DNA of 20,000 bases from Trichomonas gallinae (Eukaryota). Location of the stretch: positions 50,174 to 70,173 of the forward strand of contig MRSU01011195.1 in the NCBI GenBank assembly GCA_008369845.1, read 5' to 3'. Within the stretch, counting starts at the first letter, position 1. Each line of letters starts with the position of its first letter. The notes under the pieces were generated by a model that searched no databases, was not told the DNA's origin, and saw nothing but the letters and a program-made list of their open reading frames with translations. The translations under genes and the position numbers were made by a program. Positions 8,435 to 18,041 of this stretch are shown here, piece by piece.

Positions 8435-8756
8435 TTGAGTAAACGTACGTTTTCTCAATTTTGAACATCGTAAACATCTCAATTTTTATGACGAACAAAA
8501 CATAATATTTACACTCTGCTAAATGTTTACAGCATAATTTAATAAAAAATATTGAATCGCAAATCAAAGCATAACAAATTCGAATTTGGAACTTAAAATT
8601 AGCTTTAATATAACTAGAATATTAAAATGATTATATCCTTTTATGTTAAGGAATAAACGGCCAAGTCCCAACAAGTGAAGAGGAAAATCTGTACGTTAAA
8701 ACATATCTCAAATTGGAAAATTTATTTACGTGTCAAAATTAATCACAAATCATTAG

Positions 8757-8928
8757 AATTTGACATGTAAAGTATCCTTAACATGTCAAAAAATGTCTGG
8801 AATTGTCATGTAAAAATAAAATTAAATGACAGAAATTATTTAAAATTGACATGTAAAATCATTTTAGTATGTCAAAAATTGTTTCGAATTGACATGTAAA
8901 GTTTAGTATATTTTTTGAAATTGATTTA
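8757..8928. repeat. Four-unit 43-bp-period array with conserved TTGWCATGTAAA and an internal inverted arm
   Basis: The motif starts at 8760, 8803, 8846 and 8889. Inverted ATGWCA arms sit at the same offset in units 1-3. An extra inverted copy lies at 8725-8740. Confidence 0.85.
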
Positions 8929-9336
8929 CAATTGGACAACATTGATTTGAGCTTCAATTAATAGTTAAGACAAAGTTGTCAAACTTGTTCTGACAGTTCC
9001 TGAAATAGATGTAAACACAAAAGATTAATACACCAAAACAGTTTTGATTTATGCTTCACTTAAATGTCACCATTAATATGTCAAACTCATTCTCGCAGTT
9101 CCTAGAATTTGGAAAAAACTAATTTTAGAAATATGATTTTTATTACCATATTAATATTGATATAGGAGAAATTTAATTCTTCTTTTATTTGATGCATATA
9201 GTATGGCTTCGGCTGCTCATTAACACACAAAATATCTGTTGCATTTGTTGTTTCATATATTGCATGATCAGAAAATTGAGTCAACAAAATTAGAATTAAA
9301 TCAACTTTTGTATTTAACAAAACAAACAATTAGATT

Positions 9337-10776
9337 TTATTCTTGATAATATTTCGATACAATATCGTTTATAGCATTAAAAAAGTCGTCATTTTCTTCA
9401 TCATCGAGAAAATCGGCGATTTTTTCTTTTATATCTTCTTCATTCAGCCATTGTCCAAATGTATCAGTTTGCTGATTAACTGTTGCATATTCATCAATCT
9501 TAACAAGTGATTCAATAAAGCTCTCTTTCTTTATTTCGTCATCACAAGCAAGTCCATCTGTAATAATACGAATAATTTCAATTCGGAAAAATATTTCTAG
9601 ACATTCTTGACATAAATAATTGATAATCTCTGAAATAGCATAAGCTATATATAACTTCTTTTCAAAGCATTTCCCGTAGATTCTTATTGACTCTTCTAAT
9701 AAAAATGCAGCAACTTCATTTGTGTTATATTCCCTTATTATATCAAATATCAACAATGTAGCACTTTTGAAAGTCTCGCCATCTGAATATTCTAGCAAAT
9801 GAACAACAAAATCAATATCAATACCAACAGGAAGCAGATTCGACCTTGCTACTTGAGATAGAAGTATTATCAGCTCATGAAGAGAGTTCTTCTGGTTAGA
9901 ATCAAGAATTGCAATATCATTTTCGAAAGGTTGATACATTTGTTCGATTCTGCAGCAAATAAACTTTGCCAATTCTTCGTTAATTTCTATAGCTTGAGAT
10001 GCAATGCATTGAGTCCAAATGGATGATATAAATGATATATTATAGTGTTTTTCGAGAGAATATTCAAGATATTCTTCAATTATTAAAGAAATTGGAAATA
10101 TTTCTTGATATAGATGTGTTCTATACAGAAATACATATAAAATCATTATTATATTTGATGCAATTTCATGTTGCGCTGATTTTGAAAAATTTGTAATATT
10201 TTGAACTAAATTTGTATAAAATTCAAGTGTAAACACAGACGAAACTGTTTCAAAACTGTTGGCAATGTCTAAAAGATTTTTTGAAATGATTAGAATTCGA
10301 ATAAAAATATTTTCTGGAATCTGATTTGTAATTATTGATGAAAACGCTTCAAGCACGAAATCTTGAGATAAAACATCCAGCTTTATGTTATGAATTGAAG
10401 AAAACTTGGCTGTCAGATGAGTTATTAAAAAAACAAATTTTTGAACGAATTCGATACTCATATATGGAAGTAAAGCTTGTGTACATAGAATAGAATCTTG
10501 TATATATTCTGAAGTTTGAATTTCTGTAAATATTTGAAATTTCAAATTTAATTCTTCATTTAAAAGTTCTTCAAGTAGTCTTTTGATGTTTTTTATGTGA
10601 TCTTCTAATTCAGGAAGATGACTTGAGTGGTCATTCTCGATAACAAATTTCAAAAATTCATTTAAATTGAATAATTTTGTTTGAAAATCTCCAGCAAATG
10701 GATTTTCAACTCCATCTGCAACATTTGGCTTTGCTAGAAAACTTTTGTTATCATTTTCTTTATATTCATCTTCCAT
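9337..10776 (-). CDS. Hypothetical acidic, all-helical (ARM/HEAT-like) protein
   Basis: 479-codon ORF in AT-rich DNA with amphipathic I/L/F-rich helices and an acidic C-terminus; TCAT abuts the ATG and TAAA overlaps the stop. No family recognised, and the fold is an inference. Confidence 0.7.
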   Translation of the reverse strand: MEDEYKENDNKSFLAKPNVADGVENPFAGDFQTKLFNLNEFLKFVIENDHSSHLPELEDHIKNIKRLLEELLNEELNLKFQIFTEIQTSEYIQDSILCTQALLPYMSIEFVQKFVFLITHLTAKFSSIHNIKLDVLSQDFVLEAFSSIITNQIPENIFIRILIISKNLLDIANSFETVSSVFTLEFYTNLVQNITNFSKSAQHEIASNIIMILYVFLYRTHLYQEIFPISLIIEEYLEYSLEKHYNISFISSIWTQCIASQAIEINEELAKFICCRIEQMYQPFENDIAILDSNQKNSLHELIILLSQVARSNLLPVGIDIDFVVHLLEYSDGETFKSATLLIFDIIREYNTNEVAAFLLEESIRIYGKCFEKKLYIAYAISEIINYLCQECLEIFFRIEIIRIITDGLACDDEIKKESFIESLVKIDEYATVNQQTDTFGQWLNEEDIKEKIADFLDDEENDDFFNAINDIVSKYYQE

Positions 10777-10784
10777 ATGAATAT

Positions 10785-10893
10785 TTACAAGTCAAAATCA
10801 TAATTACATGACAAAATATATAATAACATGACAATATATGCATTACGTGTCAAAATTATAATTACATGACAAAAGTATTTTTACGTGTCAAAA
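10785..10893. repeat. Six-copy 19/20-bp tandem array, consensus TTACRTGWCAAAA + 6-7 nt
   Basis: Copies start at 10785, 10804, 10824, 10843, 10862 and 10881. The consensus is the reverse complement of the 8757-8928 motif. Confidence 0.9.
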
Positions 10894-11047
10894 TCAAAGA
10901 AAATTTCATTTCAGCTAAATCACACACATAATAACTTGCTTGTAGGTAGATAAGACGAGTTAGATTAAATAATATAATTTTTAACAAACAGATAAAATAA
11001 ATAAAAGAAATTCCGCGGAATGATTCAATCTTGTAGATAAGCTAGAA

Positions 11048-11689
11048 TTACCTTGGAGTTAGTGATGGTACAACAATTCTTGAACGGTTCACTGCTTTAA
11101 TATATTGTTCAAGAGATGGTACTTCTGGCTGCTCTTTAACGAATGGCTTTGGCTTTAGAGCAGATGATATGCTTACTGTAGATACCAAATGATGATTCTT
11201 CATTGCAAAATTTTCATGAACTTTGCAATCTTTATCAAATTGTCTTTGACTCTCAATTTCACTAGTTTCAGCGTAGTAGGACTCGAGCATATGTGTCATT
11301 TCTTCGTTCTTTAAAGCTTGTTCTGCGATAAATTGCTGATGTTTGTAGAAATCGAAAGTTCTTGTGCGAGTGTAATAACCTCTCCATGATCTTTGTATTT
11401 TCATTGCCATTTTGTTGTAAAAACTCATTCTTTCATTCGAGATTTTGTCTTGACGAAGGATAGCGACTGCAACTTTAGCGAGATGTCTTCTCCATATGCT
11501 TTGTATGACTGTTGCACACTCGTTTATGTGCCTTAATTTCTTTCTTTCAGAATGTCCCCTCCAAACTTTCTGAATTTTAACAGCTGCGTTGAATTCCTTT
11601 TCACCATTCTCTTCCGCTTCATCTATCATATCGAAATACTGCTTAAACAGGTTATTCCGATTTCGAAACAAAATTCCAAACGCAGACAT
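11048..11689 (-). CDS. SPATA17: IQ-motif calmodulin-binding protein, SPATA17-like (flagellar/ciliary)
   Basis: Three IQ motifs (AAVKIQKVWRG, ATVIQSIWRR, AMKIQRSWRGY), then FDFY and HHLVST as in SPATA17. The ATG at 11689 (MSAFGIL, preceded by an A-run) is preferred over 11734. Confidence 0.8.
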   Translation of the reverse strand: MSAFGILFRNRNNLFKQYFDMIDEAEENGEKEFNAAVKIQKVWRGHSERKKLRHINECATVIQSIWRRHLAKVAVAILRQDKISNERMSFYNKMAMKIQRSWRGYYTRTRTFDFYKHQQFIAEQALKNEEMTHMLESYYAETSEIESQRQFDKDCKVHENFAMKNHHLVSTVSISSALKPKPFVKEQPEVPSLEQYIKAVNRSRIVVPSLTPR

Positions 11690-12315
11690 TTTTTTTTTGC
11701 TACTTTTTACGTTAGTATTTTTGTATACATCCATGGATTTCTAGTTTTCATCGCAAAAATCATTTAAATTGCATAAAACTCACTTTTTACTAACAAACCA
11801 TATTCATATCTCTCTAATTTTTTTCAATTTTTTAACTTAATGGATAATAGATATTTTTCTCTTAAATATCAGTTAATTATCTCATAGATAGTCAATTAAT
11901 CGGCAATGAAACCCGATTGAGTTTTTGATTCAAATTTTCATCTTGATAGTTTTCTTCAATTGATGCTTTTATTACACATATCTCATACACTATCTATAAA
12001 CTATTTGTTGGCATTAATATAATCAACAATATCATATACATTTCCTGGTATAAAATTACTCTATCTTTCTTCCACATCATTAGAGAAAAGAGAATTGGAT
12101 GATCCTTTATATAATGTAATATGGTTGACTTCTTTTCAGAAAGTCATTACACACTACAATAATTTCATTTGAAGCATAGATCAATGCAATATTGCATAAT
12201 AAAATGTCTTTTGCGTTGATATCTATTCTAGGTATAGTGAGAAGCAGCAATGAATAAAAATAAAAGACTATTAAAAATGTTTATAGGGATAATTTATATA
12301 TAAGCAAAAAAAATA

Positions 12316-14748
12316 TTAAAGTGAAGAGAACAATTCGCGTGCGGAGGCCTTAACGAGTGGTAATGCTTGCTGGTTCGTTCCATTGATAATGATGTTGATA
12401 TTTCCTCTGTCCTGCTGTAAGTCGCACAAGAAGTCGCCGACAGTCGTCCTGAATGTGACTCTAGTGACATTCTGGTTCCTTCCGACGACGAAAATATTCC
12501 TCTGAGCGAACTCTTCCTGCTTGGCAACCTGGCAGCCTTCTAATGTTGCCTGCTCCTTGAACTGGAGTCCATCTGTTCCATTCGTAAGCTGGCCGTCGCC
12601 AGTTGTCACGCACTGAACTGGCAAGTTATCTGTACCGAAAACAGTGCCCATAGATGTGTTCATGGCGATTTGCAACTGCAATTTTGCCATGTCACTTCTC
12701 TGAGTGTCATATTTGATAGGTATCTTAACTTCGCTGGCTCCGAACTCCAGCGACTCTGGGAAGTTAGGGTGACCATTCAACGTGATGCCGAGAGCATTCG
12801 TGTTGATGGCAAACTGGAATCCTGTGATTGGTGAACCGACTTTGTTGACAATTCTAACATACATGCTATTTCTATCGTAGTCCGCATATAAATCGAGGAA
12901 CTGGCACTCCTCGGGTCCAAGTGCGCCTTGTATCCATATTCTGACTGGATGCCAGTTGCGTGCAGAGACATCGTCGTCGTTGTCGCTTTCGTCTTCAGGG
13001 ACGAATCTGACACGTCTGACGAAATCTGATGGTACTATATGTAAAACGCCTGAAACAGTGCCCATGTTTCTGATGAGCTCCGCGAGAATCGCGTCATCGT
13101 ATCTGACGCCTGAATGGACGACAGTGTCCTTCGGGAAGACGACAACATCCTTAGCGATGGATGCCTCTGAGCTCAAAAGGCGCCAGTAGACCAATGCACG
13201 GTTTTTGACATCTGGGCAGTTTCCATCTTTAGTTGCTTCAGTCAAAATGAACTGGAGCTGGTCCTTTGTCTGTTCTGGGCGCTCGACGTAGACCTTGACG
13301 AGGCTGGAGATGATCTGGAGCTGTACGAGAGGTTCTTCGTCGTGGAATGTATCTAGATATGGATCCAAAATGTCGTCGACGTTTTCAATGATGTGGCAGT
13401 ATTCACCCAAAATCCAGATTCCTGCTGCCTTTGCACGCGGCGCTTTGATCATATCGAGGCCATGGCAGACTGTGCCGATGACTGACTCGAAAACGCCTGG
13501 GTATTTACGTAAGATATCGGTCATAACTATAATTGATTCTTCGAGAGCGTAGTCTGCCTTGCCTTGGACGAGCTGTACGAGGATGTCGACGCAGCGGCGT
13601 GCAGCGGCTTCGATCTTAATCGCGATTTGACCAATTGCTCTGATTGATTTTTGAACAAAAGCGACATCAACGGAATTGCTGTATTCCTGGAGTTCATCCA
13701 AGACGAGTTGTGCTGTCTGCTGTCCGCAGATAGTAACAATGATGTCGAGTTTCTCCATTTTAACATATGATGGATCATTATATTTGCAGAAGAAGACACG
13801 GATCTCTTTTGAGAGTGCCTTTGGATATTTAAGAACAAACAAAGAAAGTGTGCGCAATATAACGTACTGAACTTCGTATTCTGCTGATGTAACTAATGTA
13901 ATGAAAGGAGGAATGATCTGTGGGAACAGTTCTGCTGGATTTCGAGAGTCATGTTCCATGAACTGGAAGATGCACTTGAAAGATCCGATGACTACAGCTG
14001 GATTTGAATGTTTTAAGAATGGAATAAGACGGTCAATCAAGAAAGAAGCATCATCGCTGGATGTTGGTGTGTATCTAGCGAGAGCATCAAGTAAAATTGT
14101 CTGGCACTCTTCAGAACAAGCGCTGAAAGCAGATAAGATCGGGCCAATCGTATCAGTGTTGAGTTCGAATATCGGAGATGTACGGCGTTCATTAATTTCG
14201 AATATTGCTGCTGTGCAATTTGAAACAACCATCGGATTATCATCTTTTAATAATTTGAGCATGTCATTAAACAATCCAGCGTTTTCTACGGCCTCTGGAA
14301 CAAAGTCATAAAGCTTGGCAACGCTGAAAACAGCCGTTTTTCGAACATATGGGTCCGGATCCGAAAGAGTCTTTTTAAGTGGAGTAATCATATGCTCAGC
14401 GACGTTTTCCAGCTTAATTCTTGACATTGTCCTGATAGCGAGGGCACGTACAATAGGATTATGGTCAGAAGTGTCTTGAATAAAAGTATTGACAGCCATG
14501 ATTGCTTGTTCTGGCTCTTGTGTTGAATATTGCACGAGATATAAGTATGTGAGCTTTTTGAGCTCAAGATCTGGGGTTTTAACGCAGCGCAACATTGATG
14601 CGAAAAGGGATTGAACATTTTCACCAGCTCTCATCAACGCAACGCACTTTTTTGCTGCTTGTTTCCTTTTGTACGGGTCATTCCCTTCGAGCTGGTCTCT
14701 TAAGGTGGCTATTTCGCCCTTAGATTCACCTTGAAAGATGCTCGACAT
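12316..14748 (-). CDS. AP1B/AP2B: AP-1/AP-2 adaptor complex beta subunit (beta-adaptin)
   Basis: KGEI, LELKKLTYLYL, NPIVRALAIRTM, DPDPYVRKTA, FFCKYNDPSYVKMEKLDI, WILGEY, PDVKNRALVYWRLL; C-terminal appendage-like domain. Confidence 0.95.
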   Translation of the reverse strand: MSSIFQGESKGEIATLRDQLEGNDPYKRKQAAKKCVALMRAGENVQSLFASMLRCVKTPDLELKKLTYLYLVQYSTQEPEQAIMAVNTFIQDTSDHNPIVRALAIRTMSRIKLENVAEHMITPLKKTLSDPDPYVRKTAVFSVAKLYDFVPEAVENAGLFNDMLKLLKDDNPMVVSNCTAAIFEINERRTSPIFELNTDTIGPILSAFSACSEECQTILLDALARYTPTSSDDASFLIDRLIPFLKHSNPAVVIGSFKCIFQFMEHDSRNPAELFPQIIPPFITLVTSAEYEVQYVILRTLSLFVLKYPKALSKEIRVFFCKYNDPSYVKMEKLDIIVTICGQQTAQLVLDELQEYSNSVDVAFVQKSIRAIGQIAIKIEAAARRCVDILVQLVQGKADYALEESIIVMTDILRKYPGVFESVIGTVCHGLDMIKAPRAKAAGIWILGEYCHIIENVDDILDPYLDTFHDEEPLVQLQIISSLVKVYVERPEQTKDQLQFILTEATKDGNCPDVKNRALVYWRLLSSEASIAKDVVVFPKDTVVHSGVRYDDAILAELIRNMGTVSGVLHIVPSDFVRRVRFVPEDESDNDDDVSARNWHPVRIWIQGALGPEECQFLDLYADYDRNSMYVRIVNKVGSPITGFQFAINTNALGITLNGHPNFPESLEFGASEVKIPIKYDTQRSDMAKLQLQIAMNTSMGTVFGTDNLPVQCVTTGDGQLTNGTDGLQFKEQATLEGCQVAKQEEFAQRNIFVVGRNQNVTRVTFRTTVGDFLCDLQQDRGNINIIINGTNQQALPLVKASARELFSSL

Positions 14749-15254
14749 GAAATTTTAGTAAGTTTACAAAATATGGAAAAATCATTTTTTTTATTTTTAT
14801 TCAATAAATAGCATCATTATATATTTTAAATGCGAAATTTCTAATTTATTATATTTAAAATATAGAAATTGCTAAAAATTATACTAATATATACTTTTCT
14901 TTGTGATTCTATTAATACAAGTCAAAATGCTTATTCATTAATTATTTTGCTAAATATTATTATAGAATTATTGATCATCTTATGCATTAAAATTTAAGCT
15001 TAAAAGATTTAATAAGATTAATGTGTCACAAATTGCTTGTTGCCTATCAATATTTTATGTGAAAAAATTATTTCAAAATTACCAATCTGTTTAATGATGT
15101 TTTTGCGCTACATAATGGTTGTTTTTATTTTTTCGGCGATTTAACTGCACAATACTGACTTTTATTATTATTCCGAATTATTATTCTGAAAATTGGAATT
15201 AATTATGGAAATAATTTGTATAACGCTTATAACAATTTGACAAATAATGCAAAT

Positions 15255-16946
15255 TTACTGATTAGGTGTCATACTTTTCTTAAAGTTCAAGAATTCCTGG
15301 AATTGCTGCATGTTAGCAGGAGGCATCATAGGTTGCTGCTGGCCCTTCTTTTGCATGAACTCGTTGAACATAGCATAATCAGCATAGCTAAATTGTTGCT
15401 GTGGAGCACCAGCAGGTGGATGCATTGGCATTGTCTGCTGATGTTGCTGGCCCTTCTTTTGCTGGATGAAATCGTTGAACATGGCATAGTCTGCATAGAA
15501 TTGTGGTGGATACATATACTGTGGAGGAGGCATCATGTATGGCTGTGGCTGATACATTTGCTGGCTGTTCCTCCAGGCTAAGAATTGCTGGAACTCAGCC
15601 TGTTGATTTGGCTGCTGGTTTGCTGGGGCCTGTTGTGGAGCTTGTGCTGAGGCTTGCTGTGGAGACGGAGCTGGTGGCTGTGCGGCAGCGTCAACGAACT
15701 TGTCGACTGTTGCTGCCTTATCTGATTGTGTTGGTGTGGAGATTCTCTGCTCGATATCCTCGAATCTCTGCTGGCTGTCCGAGTTGGAAATGTCGAGACG
15801 CTTTGGAGAGTTCTTTGGCTTGATTGGGCCTCCGAAGATGCCGAAAAGACTGTTCTTTGCTGGGAACTTCTCGAGTGAGATTGGGAGCCTGAGGATTGTC
15901 TCTGGTCCGTTTGTGCGTGGTGGTGGGAACTGGAGTGGCTTCTCAGTCTTCTGGTTGAACTTGTAGACTGGTTCGGCGACTTGCTCGACCTTCTTCTCCT
16001 CTGTCTTAGAGGCTTGTGGCTGGACTGGTGTGTGTTGCTGGACGATGGCAGATGGACTCAATACAGAGTCGAAGCCGAATCCTTGCTTTTGCTCTTGGGC
16101 CTTTGGCTCTTCGACCTTCTGGACTGGCTGGACTGGCTGTGGCTGCTGCTTCTGTTCTGGTGTCCAGACTCCGAACTTTGATCTGCTCTTTGGCTTAGCT
16201 TCAACTGGCTGTGGCTTCTGCTCTTGTGGCTGCTCAGCTGGCTTCTCTGGAACTGGTTCTGGCTTTGGCTCTGCCTTTGGCTGCTCTGGCTTTGGTTCCT
16301 CCTTTGGCTGTTCCTGCTTTGCATCAGACTTCTTTTCGTTCTTCTGCTGCTTGTCCTTCTTATTGTTTCTGTTGTTTTCCTTTGGAGACTGGTTGCGTGG
16401 CTTCTTCTCTTGAGCTGGCTCCTTAGCTGGCTCTTGGGCCTTTGGTGCTTCTTGCTTTGGCTGCTCTTGGACTGGTGGGGCTGCCTTTGGTACTTCAGGT
16501 GTTTCTGAAATGAGCTGGCCATTCTTCTCGAGAACTTCACCCCAAAGAATTGGTTTGACTTCAGGGAAAGACTGCTGCTTCTTAGATTTGTGTGCACCAG
16601 TTGCTAAGTTGATTTGTTCTGTAGGCTTTTCTTCCTTTGGTGGTTTTTGTTCGTTCTTATGCTCTTTACGGTCTGTTTTTTGTTCCTTGTTTTCGGAATT
16701 ATTATTCTTGTCGTTATTTCTTGGACGACTGTAGTTTCTTTGATTTCCACCCTGGCCTTTCTGCTTTGACTTATCATTCTTTGATTTTTGAGACTCCCAG
16801 TTTGTCGCTGGATCATTTCTATCCAAATAATCTTGGAGTCTATTCATATCTTTACCAAGATCAAGATAAAGATCTCTAATAAGAACTGGATCTTTGCCAT
16901 ATGCTTCAGCAAGCTGAGTAACTTGTTTTAAGTCGTTTGCTGACAT
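15255..16946 (-). CDS. Low-complexity K/E/Q/P-rich protein with an N-terminal UBA/CUE-like domain and Q/M/Y-rich C-terminus; candidate UBAP2L/Lingerer/Def1/GIP1-like
   Basis: 563-codon ORF with strongly biased codons, an upstream Inr and TAAA at the stop. N-terminus QVTQLAEAYGKD...DMNRLQDYLDRNDPATNWESQKSK; internal LP...LFGIFG. The CDS is secure but the family call is tentative. Confidence 0.75.
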   Translation of the reverse strand: MSANDLKQVTQLAEAYGKDPVLIRDLYLDLGKDMNRLQDYLDRNDPATNWESQKSKNDKSKQKGQGGNQRNYSRPRNNDKNNNSENKEQKTDRKEHKNEQKPPKEEKPTEQINLATGAHKSKKQQSFPEVKPILWGEVLEKNGQLISETPEVPKAAPPVQEQPKQEAPKAQEPAKEPAQEKKPRNQSPKENNRNNKKDKQQKNEKKSDAKQEQPKEEPKPEQPKAEPKPEPVPEKPAEQPQEQKPQPVEAKPKSRSKFGVWTPEQKQQPQPVQPVQKVEEPKAQEQKQGFGFDSVLSPSAIVQQHTPVQPQASKTEEKKVEQVAEPVYKFNQKTEKPLQFPPPRTNGPETILRLPISLEKFPAKNSLFGIFGGPIKPKNSPKRLDISNSDSQQRFEDIEQRISTPTQSDKAATVDKFVDAAAQPPAPSPQQASAQAPQQAPANQQPNQQAEFQQFLAWRNSQQMYQPQPYMMPPPQYMYPPQFYADYAMFNDFIQQKKGQQHQQTMPMHPPAGAPQQQFSYADYAMFNEFMQKKGQQQPMMPPANMQQFQEFLNFKKSMTPNQ

Positions 16947-16950
16947 TTTA

Positions 16951-16956
16951 AAGTGA
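16951..16956 (-). promoter_or_regulatory. Inr TCACTT
   Basis: The minus strand reads CCTCACTTTAAAATG. Confidence 0.7.
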
Positions 16957-17467
16957 GGTCCCTTGACTGGCCAAAAAATTCTTCTTACCAGATAATATCA
17001 ATAATCGATAATCTTGTACTACGGCTATTTCCAAATTCAAATATATCAAAATGACAACATGATTGTTTTTACAAAAATATGACACCTAAATTTTATACCT
17101 ATGCTTATTTTAATATAATAATTCTAATGAAAATGTATTTCAAGAAAAGGATATTTTGACATGTAAAGATACAGTTTAAAATTTCAAAATTTGTAAATCT
17201 ATTTATTATTTCCAAGCTAATTCTAAAAAAATATTTATTACATGATGAAATCATTATTTCAATGGTTTAAAATAAAGAAATATAGCTAGAAAATGAGATA
17301 TTAAAAATACATTTTTGATTTTTGTCATGTAAACTATAAATGTTATGGCCGACCAAGATTTTTTTTACTTGATGAAAGGATAAAGTATTGGAGTAGTATG
17401 GATGTACAGAAAAATAAACCAAGTAATAATAATGCTAAGAACCAATCCTAATTTTATTCAGTCTTTT

Positions 17468-17935
17468 TTAGAAGACGCGGAATTGCCTCTTATCGGCACC
17501 TACTGCTGCTGGCTTGACAGAGATAACGTTAAAGTGGACAGTCTTAGATAATGGGCGGCATTCGGCGATTGTAACAAGATCGCCTTCCTTGATGAGGAAT
17601 GCTGGGGAGACGTGGGCTGGGATCTTTGTGTGGCGCTTCTCGAAACGCTTGTACTTGCGGATCCACTGAAGATAATCGCGGCGGACAATGATTGTGCGGC
17701 GCATCTTTGTAGAAACGACAACACCACGGAGAACACGGCCACGGATGGAGACTGTGCCTGTGAATGGGCACTTGGCATCGATGTAGTCACGATCCTCAGC
17801 TGTCTTTGGTGTTTCAATGCGGAGGCCGATGGACTTGACGTAGCGCTGCTTCCTCTCAGCGTTGGCATGCTTCTTGGAAGCGAGGAAGAGCTGTGGCTGC
17901 TTCTGGAAGGCACGTTCAGTCTGAACTGTTGACAT
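17468..17935 (-). CDS. RPS11: 40S ribosomal protein S11 (uS17)
   Basis: [55 protein letters not shown] and [13 protein letters not shown]. Confidence 0.98.
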   Translation of the reverse strand: MSTVQTERAFQKQPQLFLASKKHANAERKQRYVKSIGLRIETPKTAEDRDYIDAKCPFTGTVSIRGRVLRGVVVSTKMRRTIIVRRDYLQWIRKYKRFEKRHTKIPAHVSPAFLIKEGDLVTIAECRPLSKTVHFNVISVKPAAVGADKRQFRVF

Positions 17936-17943
17936 CTTAAAAG

Positions 17944-17969
17944 AAAGGCCAAGACTTTCGTAAACCTCT
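17944..17969 (-). promoter_or_regulatory. RPS11 core promoter: CCTTT (M5-like initiator) with upstream AGAGGTTT (imperfect M3-like)
   Basis: The minus strand reads AGAGGTTT-13 nt-CCTTTCTTTTAAG-ATG. Confidence 0.6.
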
Positions 17970-18010
17970 CAAAAAACTATCTAAAAGTGACAGATACTAA
18001 GGTTATGTAT

Positions 18011-18041
18011 TTTTGACAAGTAAAATAATTAACATGACAAA
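18011..18041. repeat. Inverted pair of the TTTTGWCAYGTAAA motif upstream of the RING gene
   Basis: TTTTGACAAGTAAAA (18011-18025) followed by TTAACATGACAAA (18029-18041). Confidence 0.65.

Noticed and set aside
8757..8928. 43-bp regularly spaced palindromic repeats as a CRISPR array
   Set aside because: The conserved part is only 12-14 bp, the spacers are AT-rich and related to each other, there are no cas genes, and the context is eukaryotic.
9102..9329. 75-aa minus-strand ORF downstream of the 479-aa gene
   Set aside because: AT-rich, low-information translation with no promoter signal; likely 3' UTR or intergenic.
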